From Candidatus Bathyarchaeota archaeon B24 (GTDB lineage Archaea > Thermoproteota > CALKCG01 > B24), in contig LUCB01000012.1 in assembly GCA_001593865.1 (NCBI GenBank), positions 2,485 through 66,484 on the forward strand: a stretch of DNA of 64,000 nt, read 5' to 3'. Position numbers and translations under genes: made by a program. Below the pieces are notes generated by a model. The model saw nothing but the letters and a program-made list of their open reading frames with translations, had not been told where the DNA came from and ran no database searches. Below are positions 9,930 to 19,631 of this stretch, piece by piece. Position 1 is the first letter of the stretch, and each line of letters starts with the position of its first letter.

Positions 9930-10490
9930 CTATGCTTTGAACCAGTTGAATAGAAGGTAGATAACCCTGTTCTCTTCAGGTCTCGGTATCGCTACGACGA
10001 ACCTCTTCCTCACGGTGGTCGCCAATCTACCGGACCTGACTATCTCGGTGGCGCTTATACTGTCTTTCAAAACCTTGACTTGAATTATGTAGGGGGCGTG
10101 GTCTATCCCCGGCCCCTTCTTGTAGACGGCGAAGTCTGAGCCGAACTTTATCCCAGGGGTCACGACATAGCCCTTATCCCTCAGGTCCTTGTACACCAGG
10201 TATTTCTCGTCGAAGCCGTCTATGGCTTCTCGGCAGCGTTTCAGAAGCTCCTCTCTGGAAGCTTCTTGACCCGTAACCTGGTCTACGACTGTTATGATCC
10301 CCTTCTCGTAGAGGTAAAACCCTTCGAGTAGGTCGAGTATGAGGGGCTTGTCGAAGTCCGCCGTCTTAGGCTTACTTATGCCGACCGGTTTACCGTAGAA
10401 CCCGAGCCTATAAAGCCTAGACCCCTCTGCGGGGTCCCAGACTATCAACCTGTCTCCTGCAAGGGTGGCGGTCGCTACGTGTGTTTTCAA
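9930..10490 (-). CDS. endA: tRNA-intron (splicing) endonuclease, catalytic subunit
   Basis: PGIKFGSDFAVY (Tyr), IDHAPY (His), TVRKR (Lys) catalytic triad; 186 aa single unit. Confidence 0.93.
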   Translation of the reverse strand: MKTHVATATLAGDRLIVWDPAEGSRLYRLGFYGKPVGISKPKTADFDKPLILDLLEGFYLYEKGIITVVDQVTGQEASREELLKRCREAIDGFDEKYLVYKDLRDKGYVVTPGIKFGSDFAVYKKGPGIDHAPYIIQVKVLKDSISATEIVRSGRLATTVRKRFVVAIPRPEENRVIYLLFNWFKA

Positions 10491-12235
10491 ACAGGCTCAC
10501 CAAGTTCTTCGAACGATATTCTCCCTTTAAAGAATATCCTAAGCCTATCCTCTATACCCGCAAGAGGGGTTCTAACCTGTCTCCAGCTATCCCTATCCCT
10601 CAGCGTAACCGTGTCGTCCTTTAGGGTCTGGTAGTCTACGGTTAAAGCAAGAGGTATCCCCATCTCATCCGACCTGACGTATCGCCTCCCTATGGAACCA
10701 GAGTCGTCCCAATAAACCTCAAACCCCTCGTCTAGAAGCCTCCTGTAGACGCTCCAAGCCTTCTCCGGAAGCCCGTCCTTAGTCACGAGCGGGTACACGG
10801 CCACCTGAATCGGCGCTATGGAGACGGGGAAGCTCATGACGACCCTGCCCTCGCGTTCCGTATAGGCGTACTCCAAAGCCGAGTAGACAACCCTCTCCAA
10901 CCCGAAGCTCGGCTCGACGACGTGGGGTATGAACCTCTTACCCTTCTCCTCGACGGTTATCTTCTCGACCCTCACGTGCTCAGGTTTAACCGTGAAATCC
11001 CCAAGCCTGACGAAGCCCTTCTCAGCCAAGTTTTCGGCTAGAACCTCAGGCTTAACGCTTTTGATGAGCTTAAGGACCTCACCCATCTCGTCTCCGAAGT
11101 CCCTCCTTAAAGCCTCGTAGACGGGTTTAACCTGGGTCTTCTCGACCATTATGGGCTTCTCCAGGGGCTTGTAGACAGTCATATCGACGCCACTATGCTC
11201 CATATGCCTCCTAAGGTCGTAGTCTGTCCTATAGTTGTGCCCCGACACCTCGACCCATCCCCACCTCTCCAAGAGGATCTCCTGGTCAAACCCCTGAGAC
11301 GAGTAGTGTGCCCTCTCCCAGGGAAGCTTCTCGATAAACCTCTGACTCTCCTCTGGGACCCCGAGCTCCCTGATGAACTGCTTAGCCCTAGCCATGAAGT
11401 ATGCGAGCCACTCCATATCCACGACCCCTCTATCGAGGCTCTCCCTGACCGTAAGCTCTAAAGGCTCCTCACCGCCCTTAGCCCTGACGTCGCCCGGAAC
11501 TATCCTAAGAACCTCATCCTCCACCTCGCTGATCTTTGGACACTCAACGTCTTCAGGGTCTATGAACAGCTCCAGCTCCATGATCGTGAACTCCCTAAGC
11601 CTTATAGGCCCCTGTCTAGGCGAGATCTCGTTCCTCAGAACCTTACCTACCTGGGCTATGGCGAAGGGTAGCTTGCCCCGCTTAAGGTCCAAAACCCTTC
11701 TGAAGGCGAGGAACATCCCCTGAGCGGCTTCAGGTCTACCGTAGCCCACGTCCTCCGCGTAGGGACCTATGAAGGTCTTGAACATCGTCGTGAAGTAGTA
11801 CGGCTCACCCAGCTCGCCTCCGCATTCAGGACACTTCAAACCCTTATCCAAAACCAAGTCGTAGAGCTCTTTTAGACCCATCTTTTCGACCTCGACGCTG
11901 TCGAGGCCGAGCTTCTCCTCTATCAGATGGTCAGCCCTAAACCTCCTCCCGCATTTCAAACACTTGAAGGCGGGTTCTCTGAAGCTCTCTAGATGCCCCG
12001 ATGCCTCGAACACCACCTCTGGGTTTATCAAAGGCGTCTCGACCTCTACGAAACCCTCGCGTTTAACGAACCAGTCGACCCAAAGGTCTATTATCCTGCG
12101 TTTAAGCAGGACGCCGAGCGGTCCGAAGTCTAGGAACCCGCTGACGCCGCCGTAGATCTCGAACGCCTCCCAGAAGAAGCCTCTCCGCTTAGCAAGCTTC
12201 ACGATCTTCTCGTACTTATCCTCCCTGACATCCAT
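10487..12235 (-). CDS. glyS: Glycine--tRNA ligase (archaeal/eukaryotic alpha2 type)
   Basis: RPEAAQGMF, RNEISPRQG..RLREF, EPSFGLER motifs; C-terminal anticodon-binding domain. Confidence 0.96.
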   Translation of the reverse strand: MDVREDKYEKIVKLAKRRGFFWEAFEIYGGVSGFLDFGPLGVLLKRRIIDLWVDWFVKREGFVEVETPLINPEVVFEASGHLESFREPAFKCLKCGRRFRADHLIEEKLGLDSVEVEKMGLKELYDLVLDKGLKCPECGGELGEPYYFTTMFKTFIGPYAEDVGYGRPEAAQGMFLAFRRVLDLKRGKLPFAIAQVGKVLRNEISPRQGPIRLREFTIMELELFIDPEDVECPKISEVEDEVLRIVPGDVRAKGGEEPLELTVRESLDRGVVDMEWLAYFMARAKQFIRELGVPEESQRFIEKLPWERAHYSSQGFDQEILLERWGWVEVSGHNYRTDYDLRRHMEHSGVDMTVYKPLEKPIMVEKTQVKPVYEALRRDFGDEMGEVLKLIKSVKPEVLAENLAEKGFVRLGDFTVKPEHVRVEKITVEEKGKRFIPHVVEPSFGLERVVYSALEYAYTEREGRVVMSFPVSIAPIQVAVYPLVTKDGLPEKAWSVYRRLLDEGFEVYWDDSGSIGRRYVRSDEMGIPLALTVDYQTLKDDTVTLRDRDSWRQVRTPLAGIEDRLRIFFKGRISFEELGEPV

Positions 12236-12383
12236 GAAACCACCGTTCACCGAAACCTATCAACACGTAACGGTGATATATATTTCTCTCGAATCTCTCA
12301 CATCCTCTGTCCTGAAAGATAGGTCTCTAGAAGGTCTTAAGGAGGGGTCGTAGAGGCGGGGGCTGAGACGTTAGACTAGGGCA

Positions 12384-12542
12384 CTAGATGGCTTTAACCT
12401 TCTTGACGACAGGTGAGCGGACCTTCATGAGAATCTTAAACCCGCATTTAGGGCATTTGAGGTCTGGGCTTATCCTAAGCCTCTCGTAGGGAACTAGGGC
12501 TCCGCACCTGAAGCACTTGTAAATCATTCCGCCGCTGTTCAT
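12384..12542 (-). CDS. rpoP: DNA-directed RNA polymerase subunit P (Rpo12), 52 aa, absent from the ORF track
   Basis: Manual translation MNSGGMIYKCFRCGALVPYERLRISPDLKCPKCGFKILMKVRSPVVKKVKAI; YxCxxC...CPxCGxKILxKxR. Confidence 0.92.
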   Translation of the reverse strand: MNSGGMIYKCFRCGALVPYERLRISPDLKCPKCGFKILMKVRSPVVKKVKAI

Positions 12543-12592
12543 CGATGCATCAACTATGTGAGCCCACGATTTAAACGTTTCCGGGAGACCGG

Positions 12593-13408
12593 TTAGTACC
12601 AGCCTAGGGTTCCCTCGCGTTTAGCCCTCGTCACACCCCATTGAAATATCTTATAGCCTAGCGGGAAAAGTATGACTGCGAACACGGCTCCTTTGAGGAA
12701 ATCCATCTGAACGCTTGGGTCGAGGAGCGAGGGGTTGGTGAGCATGGCGAGCCTGCAGAGATGGTAGACCCAAGTCTGCGGGAGGAACCAGGAGACCATC
12801 GAGACCCCTGGGAAGAATATCGTGTCCAGGTAGACGACGGGGAACGCTATCCCCGAGAAGAGGTTCTGGAGGACGTTTATCAGCCATGTAACCGGGTCTG
12901 TCGACTTCGTCACGATCCTCAAGCCTGTGGAGATCATAGCCAGCCCTAGGAGTATGAAGGTGGAGATCGCGAACGCTATTACCGTGGCTACCGGGTTCAT
13001 GTTCAACCTAGCACCGAACAAGTAGATACCTACGAAGATGTAGGGGATGAACGAGATGATCGAAAGTATATACCTCCAGCTTACGTTACCGATGACGAAG
13101 ACGGGGGTGCTCACACCTGTCATGAGGATCGTCTCGAGGGTCCAAGGGTTAAGCTGCCTTTCCACACCGTAGACGAGGGGCATTATGAGGTTACCTATGC
13201 AGATCCCTACGATCAGGAAGGAGACGTAATCGCTGCCATACATCTCTTGCACCGGTCTCTGCACGTAGGTAGCGTTCACACCCCACGCGAAGACCCCTAT
13301 GAATATGTTGATAAGCTGGGTTATCGCCGCAGTCTTGTAGGTCGACCAGCTGTAGAAGTCCCGCTTGGTAAAAGCGAGGATCTGCTTCAACGCTATCGGG
13401 ATCTCCAC
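12593..13408 (-). CDS. ABC-2 type exporter permease
   Basis: Six-TM pattern; LFSGIAFP motif; downstream of the ATPase. Confidence 0.85.
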   Translation of the reverse strand: MEIPIALKQILAFTKRDFYSWSTYKTAAITQLINIFIGVFAWGVNATYVQRPVQEMYGSDYVSFLIVGICIGNLIMPLVYGVERQLNPWTLETILMTGVSTPVFVIGNVSWRYILSIISFIPYIFVGIYLFGARLNMNPVATVIAFAISTFILLGLAMISTGLRIVTKSTDPVTWLINVLQNLFSGIAFPVVYLDTIFFPGVSMVSWFLPQTWVYHLCRLAMLTNPSLLDPSVQMDFLKGAVFAVILFPLGYKIFQWGVTRAKREGTLGWY

Positions 13409-14517
13409 CTCACACCACCCCCGGGCCTACCTGGCCGCCACGGGTTTTTCCTCGTGATCGCTATGAACGCGTCTTCCAACGTCGGCTCTAACGTGTTTAT
13501 CGTCTTGATCTTCAAACCGTTCCTCATTATAACCCCTAGTATGCTTGAAAGGTCCATATTCTTATCCACACGAACCGATAAACCCCTAAAGTCTCCGCCG
13601 GGCGAGATGTCTGGGGTGACCCCGTGGACACCGTATATCTCCTGGATCTCATCTATCATCTTCTCATATTTGCTGTTAAAGACGGCGTCGATGAACGCTA
13701 TGCGGACGATTCTCTCGTCGAAAAGCATGTACCTGATGTTGTCAGGGGTATCGCATGCAGTTATCTTTCCACGGTCGATGATCGCTATACGGTCACACAT
13801 CTCCTGCGCCTCGTACAGGTTATGGGTGCTGAGAAAGATCGTTTTCCCCTCCTTCCGCGCCATCTCACGTAGTAATCCACGGAATTCGGCGGCCGAGGCC
13901 GGGTCTAAACCCACGGTAGGCTCGTCGAAGAGGAGTATAGGCGTATCCCTAAGAAGAGCCCTACAAAGCAAGAGCTTACGCTGCATCCCGGTAGAATACT
14001 GCTGGTACATGTCGTCTGCCCTATCCTCCAACCCGGTGAATTCTAGGAGATAGTTTATCCTCTTCTTCGCCTCCTCATCCCTAAGCCCGTACAATAAAGC
14101 GTAAAATTCAAGGTTCTGCCGGCCTGTCAGCCTCCAGCTAAAACCTCTGCTCCCAGGTAAGACCGCCTGAACGTTTTTGAGAACCTGCTTGCTCTCTTTA
14201 ACGACGTCGTAGCCTGCGACGTAAGCTTCACCACCGTCAGGCAGGACGAGCGTGCAAAGGATCTTGATCAACGTGGTCTTCCCGGCTCCGTTGGGACCGA
14301 GTACCCCGAAAACCTCACCCCTTTTAACCTTGAGGTTAACCCCGCGGAGGGCCTCTATGAAAGGCCCCTTCTCGCCTTTGATCAGCCGGAGGATCGACGT
14401 GAAGGAGGGGACACGTCCGCGGTGGAAGTGGAAGGGCGCCCCCCTCAGCTTCTTAGCGCTCGTAGGATATCTCTTCACAAGGTCTATGGTTTCTATAGCG
14501 TAATCCACCGGTCTCAC
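13393..14517 (-). CDS. ABC exporter ATP-binding protein (multidrug-type)
   Basis: GPNGAGKTT, YSTGMQRK, LLFDEPT, STH. Confidence 0.92.
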   Translation of the reverse strand: MRPVDYAIETIDLVKRYPTSAKKLRGAPFHFHRGRVPSFTSILRLIKGEKGPFIEALRGVNLKVKRGEVFGVLGPNGAGKTTLIKILCTLVLPDGGEAYVAGYDVVKESKQVLKNVQAVLPGSRGFSWRLTGRQNLEFYALLYGLRDEEAKKRINYLLEFTGLEDRADDMYQQYSTGMQRKLLLCRALLRDTPILLFDEPTVGLDPASAAEFRGLLREMARKEGKTIFLSTHNLYEAQEMCDRIAIIDRGKITACDTPDNIRYMLFDERIVRIAFIDAVFNSKYEKMIDEIQEIYGVHGVTPDISPGGDFRGLSVRVDKNMDLSSILGVIMRNGLKIKTINTLEPTLEDAFIAITRKNPWRPGRPGGGVRWRSR

Positions 14518-15041
14518 CCCCTGTTCGCCTCCAGGCTTTTACGCAGCCTCTCGAGGTCCTCAGCCGCCTTAGCTAGGATCGAACACACCTTCTCAGAAAC
14601 CTCATCCGCGTTCTCCTCTCGAAGATAGGGAGTTATCCTCTCTATAGACTCGAAAAGCCGTACGCTCGACCGGTATAGGTCTTCATTCATACCCATAAGG
14701 ATCTTCAGCCACATCCTCCTTATCGAGTGGAACTTCCTCATTAACACCTTTCTCCTCTCATACTCCTTAAGCAGTTCTTCTCCCTTCTTGGTTAGAACGA
14801 AACGCCTAAGGTCCCTCTCCTCCGGTTCTACCTCTTCTATGAAGCCGTCTTCCCGTAGCCTCGCCAGTAACGGGTATATCGAGCCTGGGCTAGGTCTCCA
14901 GCCGGTCCGCTTCTCTATGCTTTCCATAAGCTCAGACCCGGACATCGGTCTAAGGCTTAAAAGCTTCAGGACGCCGTAGCGTAGAAACCCCCTAGGGATA
15001 CCGACCGAGCGTCTCATCCAGTCTCTTTCTCGTCTAGCCAT
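14514..15041 (-). CDS. PadR-family transcriptional regulator
   Basis: PMSGSELM...PSPGSIYPLLARL wHTH. Confidence 0.9.
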   Translation of the reverse strand: MARRERDWMRRSVGIPRGFLRYGVLKLLSLRPMSGSELMESIEKRTGWRPSPGSIYPLLARLREDGFIEEVEPEERDLRRFVLTKKGEELLKEYERRKVLMRKFHSIRRMWLKILMGMNEDLYRSSVRLFESIERITPYLREENADEVSEKVCSILAKAAEDLERLRKSLEANRG

Positions 15042-15070
15042 ATATCACTAACGATATCATTAGTGATATA
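15041..15070. promoter_or_regulatory. 30-bp near-perfect palindrome, probable PadR operator over the leaderless start
   Basis: TATATCACTA-ACGATATCAT-TAGTGATATA, between a minus-strand TTATA box and the padR ATG. Confidence 0.7.
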
Positions 15071-15168
15071 GCATATAAGTCTCTCGGTAGAACGCTCCTA
15101 TAACCCTCTAAGTATCGTGAGTTTGGAAAAATTGAAGCGTATCTAACCGTCGCTCTTCGGCCGTATCG

Positions 15169-16491
15169 CTACTTTTTGAAGAAGCGTGGCAGATAGTCGG
15201 CGTGGGCGTTAAGCAGTTCTTCGAGAAGCATCTTGACTTGGTCGGGTTTGAGCTTGGCGGCTACCTGAGGGTCTTGCAGTAGGGCTTGGAACGCTATGTC
15301 CTTATCACCTGTCAGCGCGGCTTCGACCGTGAGCTTCTGAGCCTCCACATGGTTGCTCAAGACGGCCGCTAAGGGTCCTGGAAGCTTCCCCACGTGGAGA
15401 GGTGTGACCCCGTAACCGCCTACGGTCGATGAGACCTCGACGACGGCGTCGTAGGGGAGGTTCTCAATAGCCCCTCTGTTCAAAGTGTTCACCACGTAAA
15501 CCTCGTTGCGGTTCTCGACGAGCGCCTCGATTATGTCGACGACCAACACGGCCTCTCCGCTTGGTAGTACGTCCAAGCTTATATCTCTCACACCAGCCGC
15601 CATGTCCCTAACGATCTTCTCCCACTTGGCAAACCTCTTCGCACTCTCCTTCATATCGTGAACCCTTATCCCGAAGTTCATCCTAAGCCCTTGAAGCCTC
15701 CCTCTGTACTCCTCCTCAAGCTTGCATAGGAAGGGGAAGAACTCCGTCCAATGCCCCCAACAGTAGGGTAATACGTTATACTCGTCTAGGAACAGCCTTA
15801 TGACGGGGTTTGAGACGTTCTTCCTTATAAGCGGAAACGCGTCTCTACCGTCTCTAAGCCTCAGGCGAAGTATGGCCGCGCAGTGGTTTAAACCTGCGGC
15901 CGGGGCGGGGGTTATGATCTCGCTAGGGTCTACCCCGACCCACCTAGCTAGATAACCGGGGTTGGCCGGTATAGAGGAGCATGTGCAAAGACCCACGACG
16001 TTGACGTTCGAGTTCTTGATCATAGCCATGCAGTTCGCGGTCACAGGGTTCGTGTAGTTGAAAACCCAAGCCTTAGGCGAGACTTCTTCAAGCTCCTTCG
16101 CCATCTCGACCAACACGGGTATGTGACGGAACGCCCTCATTATACCTCCGGGGCCGATGGAGTCGCACACGGGCATGTAGATGCCGTATTTAGCGGGGAT
16201 CTCTATGTCCTTCTCCCAGGCATCCACTCCTCCGACGGCTATGGCGGTTATCACGAAATCCGCGTCTGTGAGAGACTCCCTCCTATCGGTCGTCGCCTCG
16301 ACTTTTAGGGATGCCCCCGTTTTCTCCACAAGCTTCTTGGAAAGCCTAGCCATCACGTCGAGCCTATGCTCGTCCACGTCCATCAAGCATATCGTGCTAT
16401 CCTGCAGAACCTCGGACCCTATGAAAAGCCTCATCAGCTGGGGTGTGAAGGTGCTGCTTCCACCGCCGATTATCGTAATCTTGAAGCTCAT
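15169..16491 (-). CDS. Family 4 glycoside hydrolase (NAD+/Mn2+-dependent alpha-galactosidase/glucosidase)
   Basis: IIGGGSSTFTP, DSIGPGG, NYTNP, GLC, GLNH motifs. Confidence 0.9.
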   Translation of the reverse strand: MSFKITIIGGGSSTFTPQLMRLFIGSEVLQDSTICLMDVDEHRLDVMARLSKKLVEKTGASLKVEATTDRRESLTDADFVITAIAVGGVDAWEKDIEIPAKYGIYMPVCDSIGPGGIMRAFRHIPVLVEMAKELEEVSPKAWVFNYTNPVTANCMAMIKNSNVNVVGLCTCSSIPANPGYLARWVGVDPSEIITPAPAAGLNHCAAILRLRLRDGRDAFPLIRKNVSNPVIRLFLDEYNVLPYCWGHWTEFFPFLCKLEEEYRGRLQGLRMNFGIRVHDMKESAKRFAKWEKIVRDMAAGVRDISLDVLPSGEAVLVVDIIEALVENRNEVYVVNTLNRGAIENLPYDAVVEVSSTVGGYGVTPLHVGKLPGPLAAVLSNHVEAQKLTVEAALTGDKDIAFQALLQDPQVAAKLKPDQVKMLLEELLNAHADYLPRFFKK

Positions 16492-16732
16492 AGTTAAAAA
16501 TGATTGGCCAGAATACGATATAAGCTTTTGACAGCTGAAACTCGCTGAATCGAGGTAGCGGCTCAGCCAAATGCCTTTCGTTCACAGACGTTGCTCACCG
16601 TAACTTTGAATCATCACGGCCGCTGCTTCTAACTGCGTGGCTGGGGGCTTAAAGTTTACGCTTTTCTCCATAGACGAATCCTATGGTTGCAAAGGTTTAT
16701 CTTTAGAGCATACTATGTTAGTTTAAGAAGCC

Positions 16733-18091
16733 TTGAGTCTTGAAGGTTTAGGAAAGTCTCTCAGAAGCACGTTAGCCAAGGTTTTCAAAGCATCTAGGGT
16801 CGATAAGGAGCTCGTGAAAGGTCTGGTAAACGACCTTGTTAGGGCTCTGCTTCAAGCCGATGTCCAAGTAGACCTTGTAATAGACCTGGCTAAGAGGGTC
16901 GAGGATAGGGCTTTGAACGAGAAGCCTCCTCCAGGTGTGACCAGACGGGAGCATATAGTCAAAGTCGTGTACGACGAGGTGGTTAAGCTTCTCGGAGGGG
17001 AGAATGTCTCAAGCCCTGTCCCTAAGCTGGGTAAGATGAACGTATACATGCTCGTAGGCCTACAGGGTTCAGGCAAGACGACGACGGCGTGTAAACTGGC
17101 CTCATTCTACCAGCGAAGAGGGTTCAGAACCGGCCTGATATGCGCGGATGTCTACAGGCCTGGGGCGTATCAACAGCTTAAACAACTTGGCGATAAGGCT
17201 GGAGTACCCGTTTACGGCGAGCCCGACGGGAAGGATCCCGTGAAGATAGTTTTGGATGGATTAGAGCTGTTTAGGAGGTCTAAGCGAGACCTAGTCATAA
17301 TCGACACGGCTGGGAGGCATAAAGACGAGGAGTCCCTCATGAAGGAGGTCAAAGAACTCTACGAGGTTATAAAGCCGGACGAGGTCATTCTGACGGTCGA
17401 CGCTACGATAGGGCAGCAAGCGTATAGTCAGGCTAAGGCTTTCCATGAAGCCGTCGGAGTGGGGTCTATAATAGTCACGAAAATGGACGGCTCAGCCCGT
17501 GGAGGAGGCGCGTTATCGGCTGTGGCGGCTACAGGGGCTCCTGTGAAGTTTATAGGCGTCGGTGAAAAGCTCGACGACCTAGAGGTCTTCAACCCCAGGA
17601 GGTTCGTAGCCAGGCTCTTGGGGTTCGGAGACATCGAGGGTCTTTTGGAGAAGTTTAAACGTGCCGAGCTTAAGGTCTCCGAGAAAGAGGCTAGGAGCGT
17701 TCTGATGGGGCGGTTCACGCTTAAAGACCTCTACAAGCAGATGGAGAGCCTGAGAAAGCTAGGCCCCTTGAAGTCGATTATAAGCCATCTTCCAGGGTTC
17801 TCCTATGGTCTCTCGGATGAGCTTCTGGAGGAGGCTGAGGATAAGATGGATAGGTGGAAGGCCATAATAGAGTCGATGACTGAGGAGGAGAGGGTTAACC
17901 CCAAGGTTTTGAACGCTTCCAGGGTTCGTAGGATCGCCCGTGGAGCCGGGGTCTCAGAGAGGGATGTTAAGGAGCTTATCAAATACTACGAGCGCACCGT
18001 TAAGCTCCTAAAGGCTATGAGGGGTAGAAGGTCTCTGCTAAGGGCCGGTAGAAGGACAGGTTTCAAGGTGCCTAAGGTTGATATTGGATAA
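16733..18091 (+). CDS. srp54: Signal recognition particle protein SRP54
   Basis: GLQGSGKTT, DTAGRH, TKMDGSARGGGALS, C-terminal M domain. Confidence 0.97.
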   Translation: MSLEGLGKSLRSTLAKVFKASRVDKELVKGLVNDLVRALLQADVQVDLVIDLAKRVEDRALNEKPPPGVTRREHIVKVVYDEVVKLLGGENVSSPVPKLGKMNVYMLVGLQGSGKTTTACKLASFYQRRGFRTGLICADVYRPGAYQQLKQLGDKAGVPVYGEPDGKDPVKIVLDGLELFRRSKRDLVIIDTAGRHKDEESLMKEVKELYEVIKPDEVILTVDATIGQQAYSQAKAFHEAVGVGSIIVTKMDGSARGGGALSAVAATGAPVKFIGVGEKLDDLEVFNPRRFVARLLGFGDIEGLLEKFKRAELKVSEKEARSVLMGRFTLKDLYKQMESLRKLGPLKSIISHLPGFSYGLSDELLEEAEDKMDRWKAIIESMTEEERVNPKVLNASRVRRIARGAGVSERDVKELIKYYERTVKLLKAMRGRRSLLRAGRRTGFKVPKVDIG

Positions 18092-19313
18092 GGTCCTCGA
18101 GCTTCTAAGAAGATACCGTCTCTGCCATAACTGCCTTGGTAGGCAGTTTGCCCTTCTCCTACACGGCATGGATAACTCGACTAGGGGGTTGGCTTTAAAA
18201 TACACGATAGCCTTCGAGCTTCATAGGAGGGTTCTCGACGAGAAGGCGGTTCCTGAAGACGTTAGGCTGTTAGCCTCCAACATGGGTCTAAAAGAGTTCG
18301 ACGACGCCGTTAAGGCGTTGGGGTTCAAGCTCGACTACGCGTCTAAGCCCTGCTACATCTGCGGCGGCGTTTTCGATAAGGTTGAAGAGGTGGTGAGCAT
18401 GGTTCTAGACGCGCTCACGGGCTACGAGTTTAAAAGCATACTCGTAGGCGTGAAGTTGCCGTCAGAGGTCTGCGAAAAGGAGGACGAGGTTAGAAGCGTA
18501 GTAGCGCTTCCTTATGGTGAAAGCCTCAGGGAGGAGCTCAGCAGGGTTCTGGGTAAGAAGCTGTCTTCGATTCTTAAGGCTAAGGTCGACATGAGAAAGC
18601 CTGACGTCACGGTGGTCGTAGACCCCTATAGGATGATGGTCGAAGTAAACCCCGCGCCTATATACGTGAAGGGCTTCTTCTTGAAGCTCAGCCCTGAGGT
18701 GCCGGTGGTATCCAAGGACCTCGAGAGGGTGGGAGGCGAAACGGTCGAAACACTCATAGTTAGACCTTTGATGAAGGCTTTCGAGGCGGTGGATTACCGT
18801 TTCATAATCCCCTTCAGGGACTCTAAGAGGACCTTGATCCTCGGCGACGGTAGGCCTTTCGTGGTCAGGTTTAAACACCCTAGGAAGCGGTTCGTGGACC
18901 TAGACGAGCTGGCCTCGGAGATAAACAGTAGGGCGTCGGGGTTGATGGAGGTCAGACGTTTAAGCTGGGCTTCAAGGTCTGACGTCGCTAAGCTACGGTC
19001 TTTCAAAGGCGTCGAGGAGGCTAAGGTCTTGGTCAAAGCCGAAAAGGCGCTTAGATTTATGGGGCCTATGAAGCTAACGGTCATGCAGCTCGATAAGCCC
19101 TCGAACGTCTTCAGAGAGGAGACGGTCGAGCTTCTAGACGTCGAAAGGGTCGGCGGAGACGTTTACCGGCTTAGACTTAAATATCGTGTAGGCTTCTTAG
19201 TCAAGGATTTCCTATCTGGAGGGCCTAGAGTTAAGCCTTCTCTCAAGGAAATCCTTAAAAGTGAGATGAATTTTTTGGAAATAGTTGAGATAAACGTTAG
19301 GGGGGCGTTTTGA
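18078..19313 (+). CDS. pus10: Pus10-like tRNA pseudouridine synthase, catalytic motif apparently degenerate
   Basis: LCHNCLGRQF and CYIC zinc motifs, THUMP, LGDGRPF; conserved position between srp54 and rpl21e. Confidence 0.75.
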   Translation: MILDKVLELLRRYRLCHNCLGRQFALLLHGMDNSTRGLALKYTIAFELHRRVLDEKAVPEDVRLLASNMGLKEFDDAVKALGFKLDYASKPCYICGGVFDKVEEVVSMVLDALTGYEFKSILVGVKLPSEVCEKEDEVRSVVALPYGESLREELSRVLGKKLSSILKAKVDMRKPDVTVVVDPYRMMVEVNPAPIYVKGFFLKLSPEVPVVSKDLERVGGETVETLIVRPLMKAFEAVDYRFIIPFRDSKRTLILGDGRPFVVRFKHPRKRFVDLDELASEINSRASGLMEVRRLSWASRSDVAKLRSFKGVEEAKVLVKAEKALRFMGPMKLTVMQLDKPSNVFREETVELLDVERVGGDVYRLRLKYRVGFLVKDFLSGGPRVKPSLKEILKSEMNFLEIVEINVRGAF

Positions 19314-19314
19314 A

Positions 19315-19605
19315 ACGCCGCACTCGAAGGGTTATAGAAGTAGGACTAGAAAGCTGTTGCGTTTGAGGAGAGGTGAGAATCCTCTTAAGGTAACCCCTAT
19401 ACTCAGGACTTACCAGGTGGGCGAAAGAGTCGTTATAGACATAAACCCCTCTATCCATAAGGGTATGCCTCATAAGAGGTTTCACGGTAAGGTGGGAGTC
19501 GTCGTAGAGAGGAGGGGTAGAGCGTACGTCTTGAAGGTCGGTGTTGGGGGTAAAGATAAGATAGTTATCGCCAGGCCTGAACACCTCAAACCTCTCGCCC
19601 AGTGA
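19315..19605 (+). CDS. rpl21e: 50S ribosomal protein L21e (eL21); apparent ACG start
   Basis: (M)PHSKGYRSRTRKLL...HKGMPHKRFHGKVG...RPEHLK; frame closed by TAA at 19291. Confidence 0.93.
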   Translation, partial: TPHSKGYRSRTRKLLRLRRGENPLKVTPILRTYQVGERVVIDINPSIHKGMPHKRFHGKVGVVVERRGRAYVLKVGVGGKDKIVIARPEHLKPLAQ

Positions 19606-19631
19606 AAGAGGTTCTCCCCCCTTCTTGAGAG

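Noticed and set aside
13247..14053. 268-aa plus-strand ORF and many similar antisense ORFs in the track
   Set aside because: Shadow frames opposite well-supported genes, with no motifs
14370..14470. Extra N-terminal segment of the ABC ATPase as an in-frame intron
   Set aside because: No stop or frameshift, no BHB fold found by eye, and variable inserts at this position are common in this ATPase subfamily
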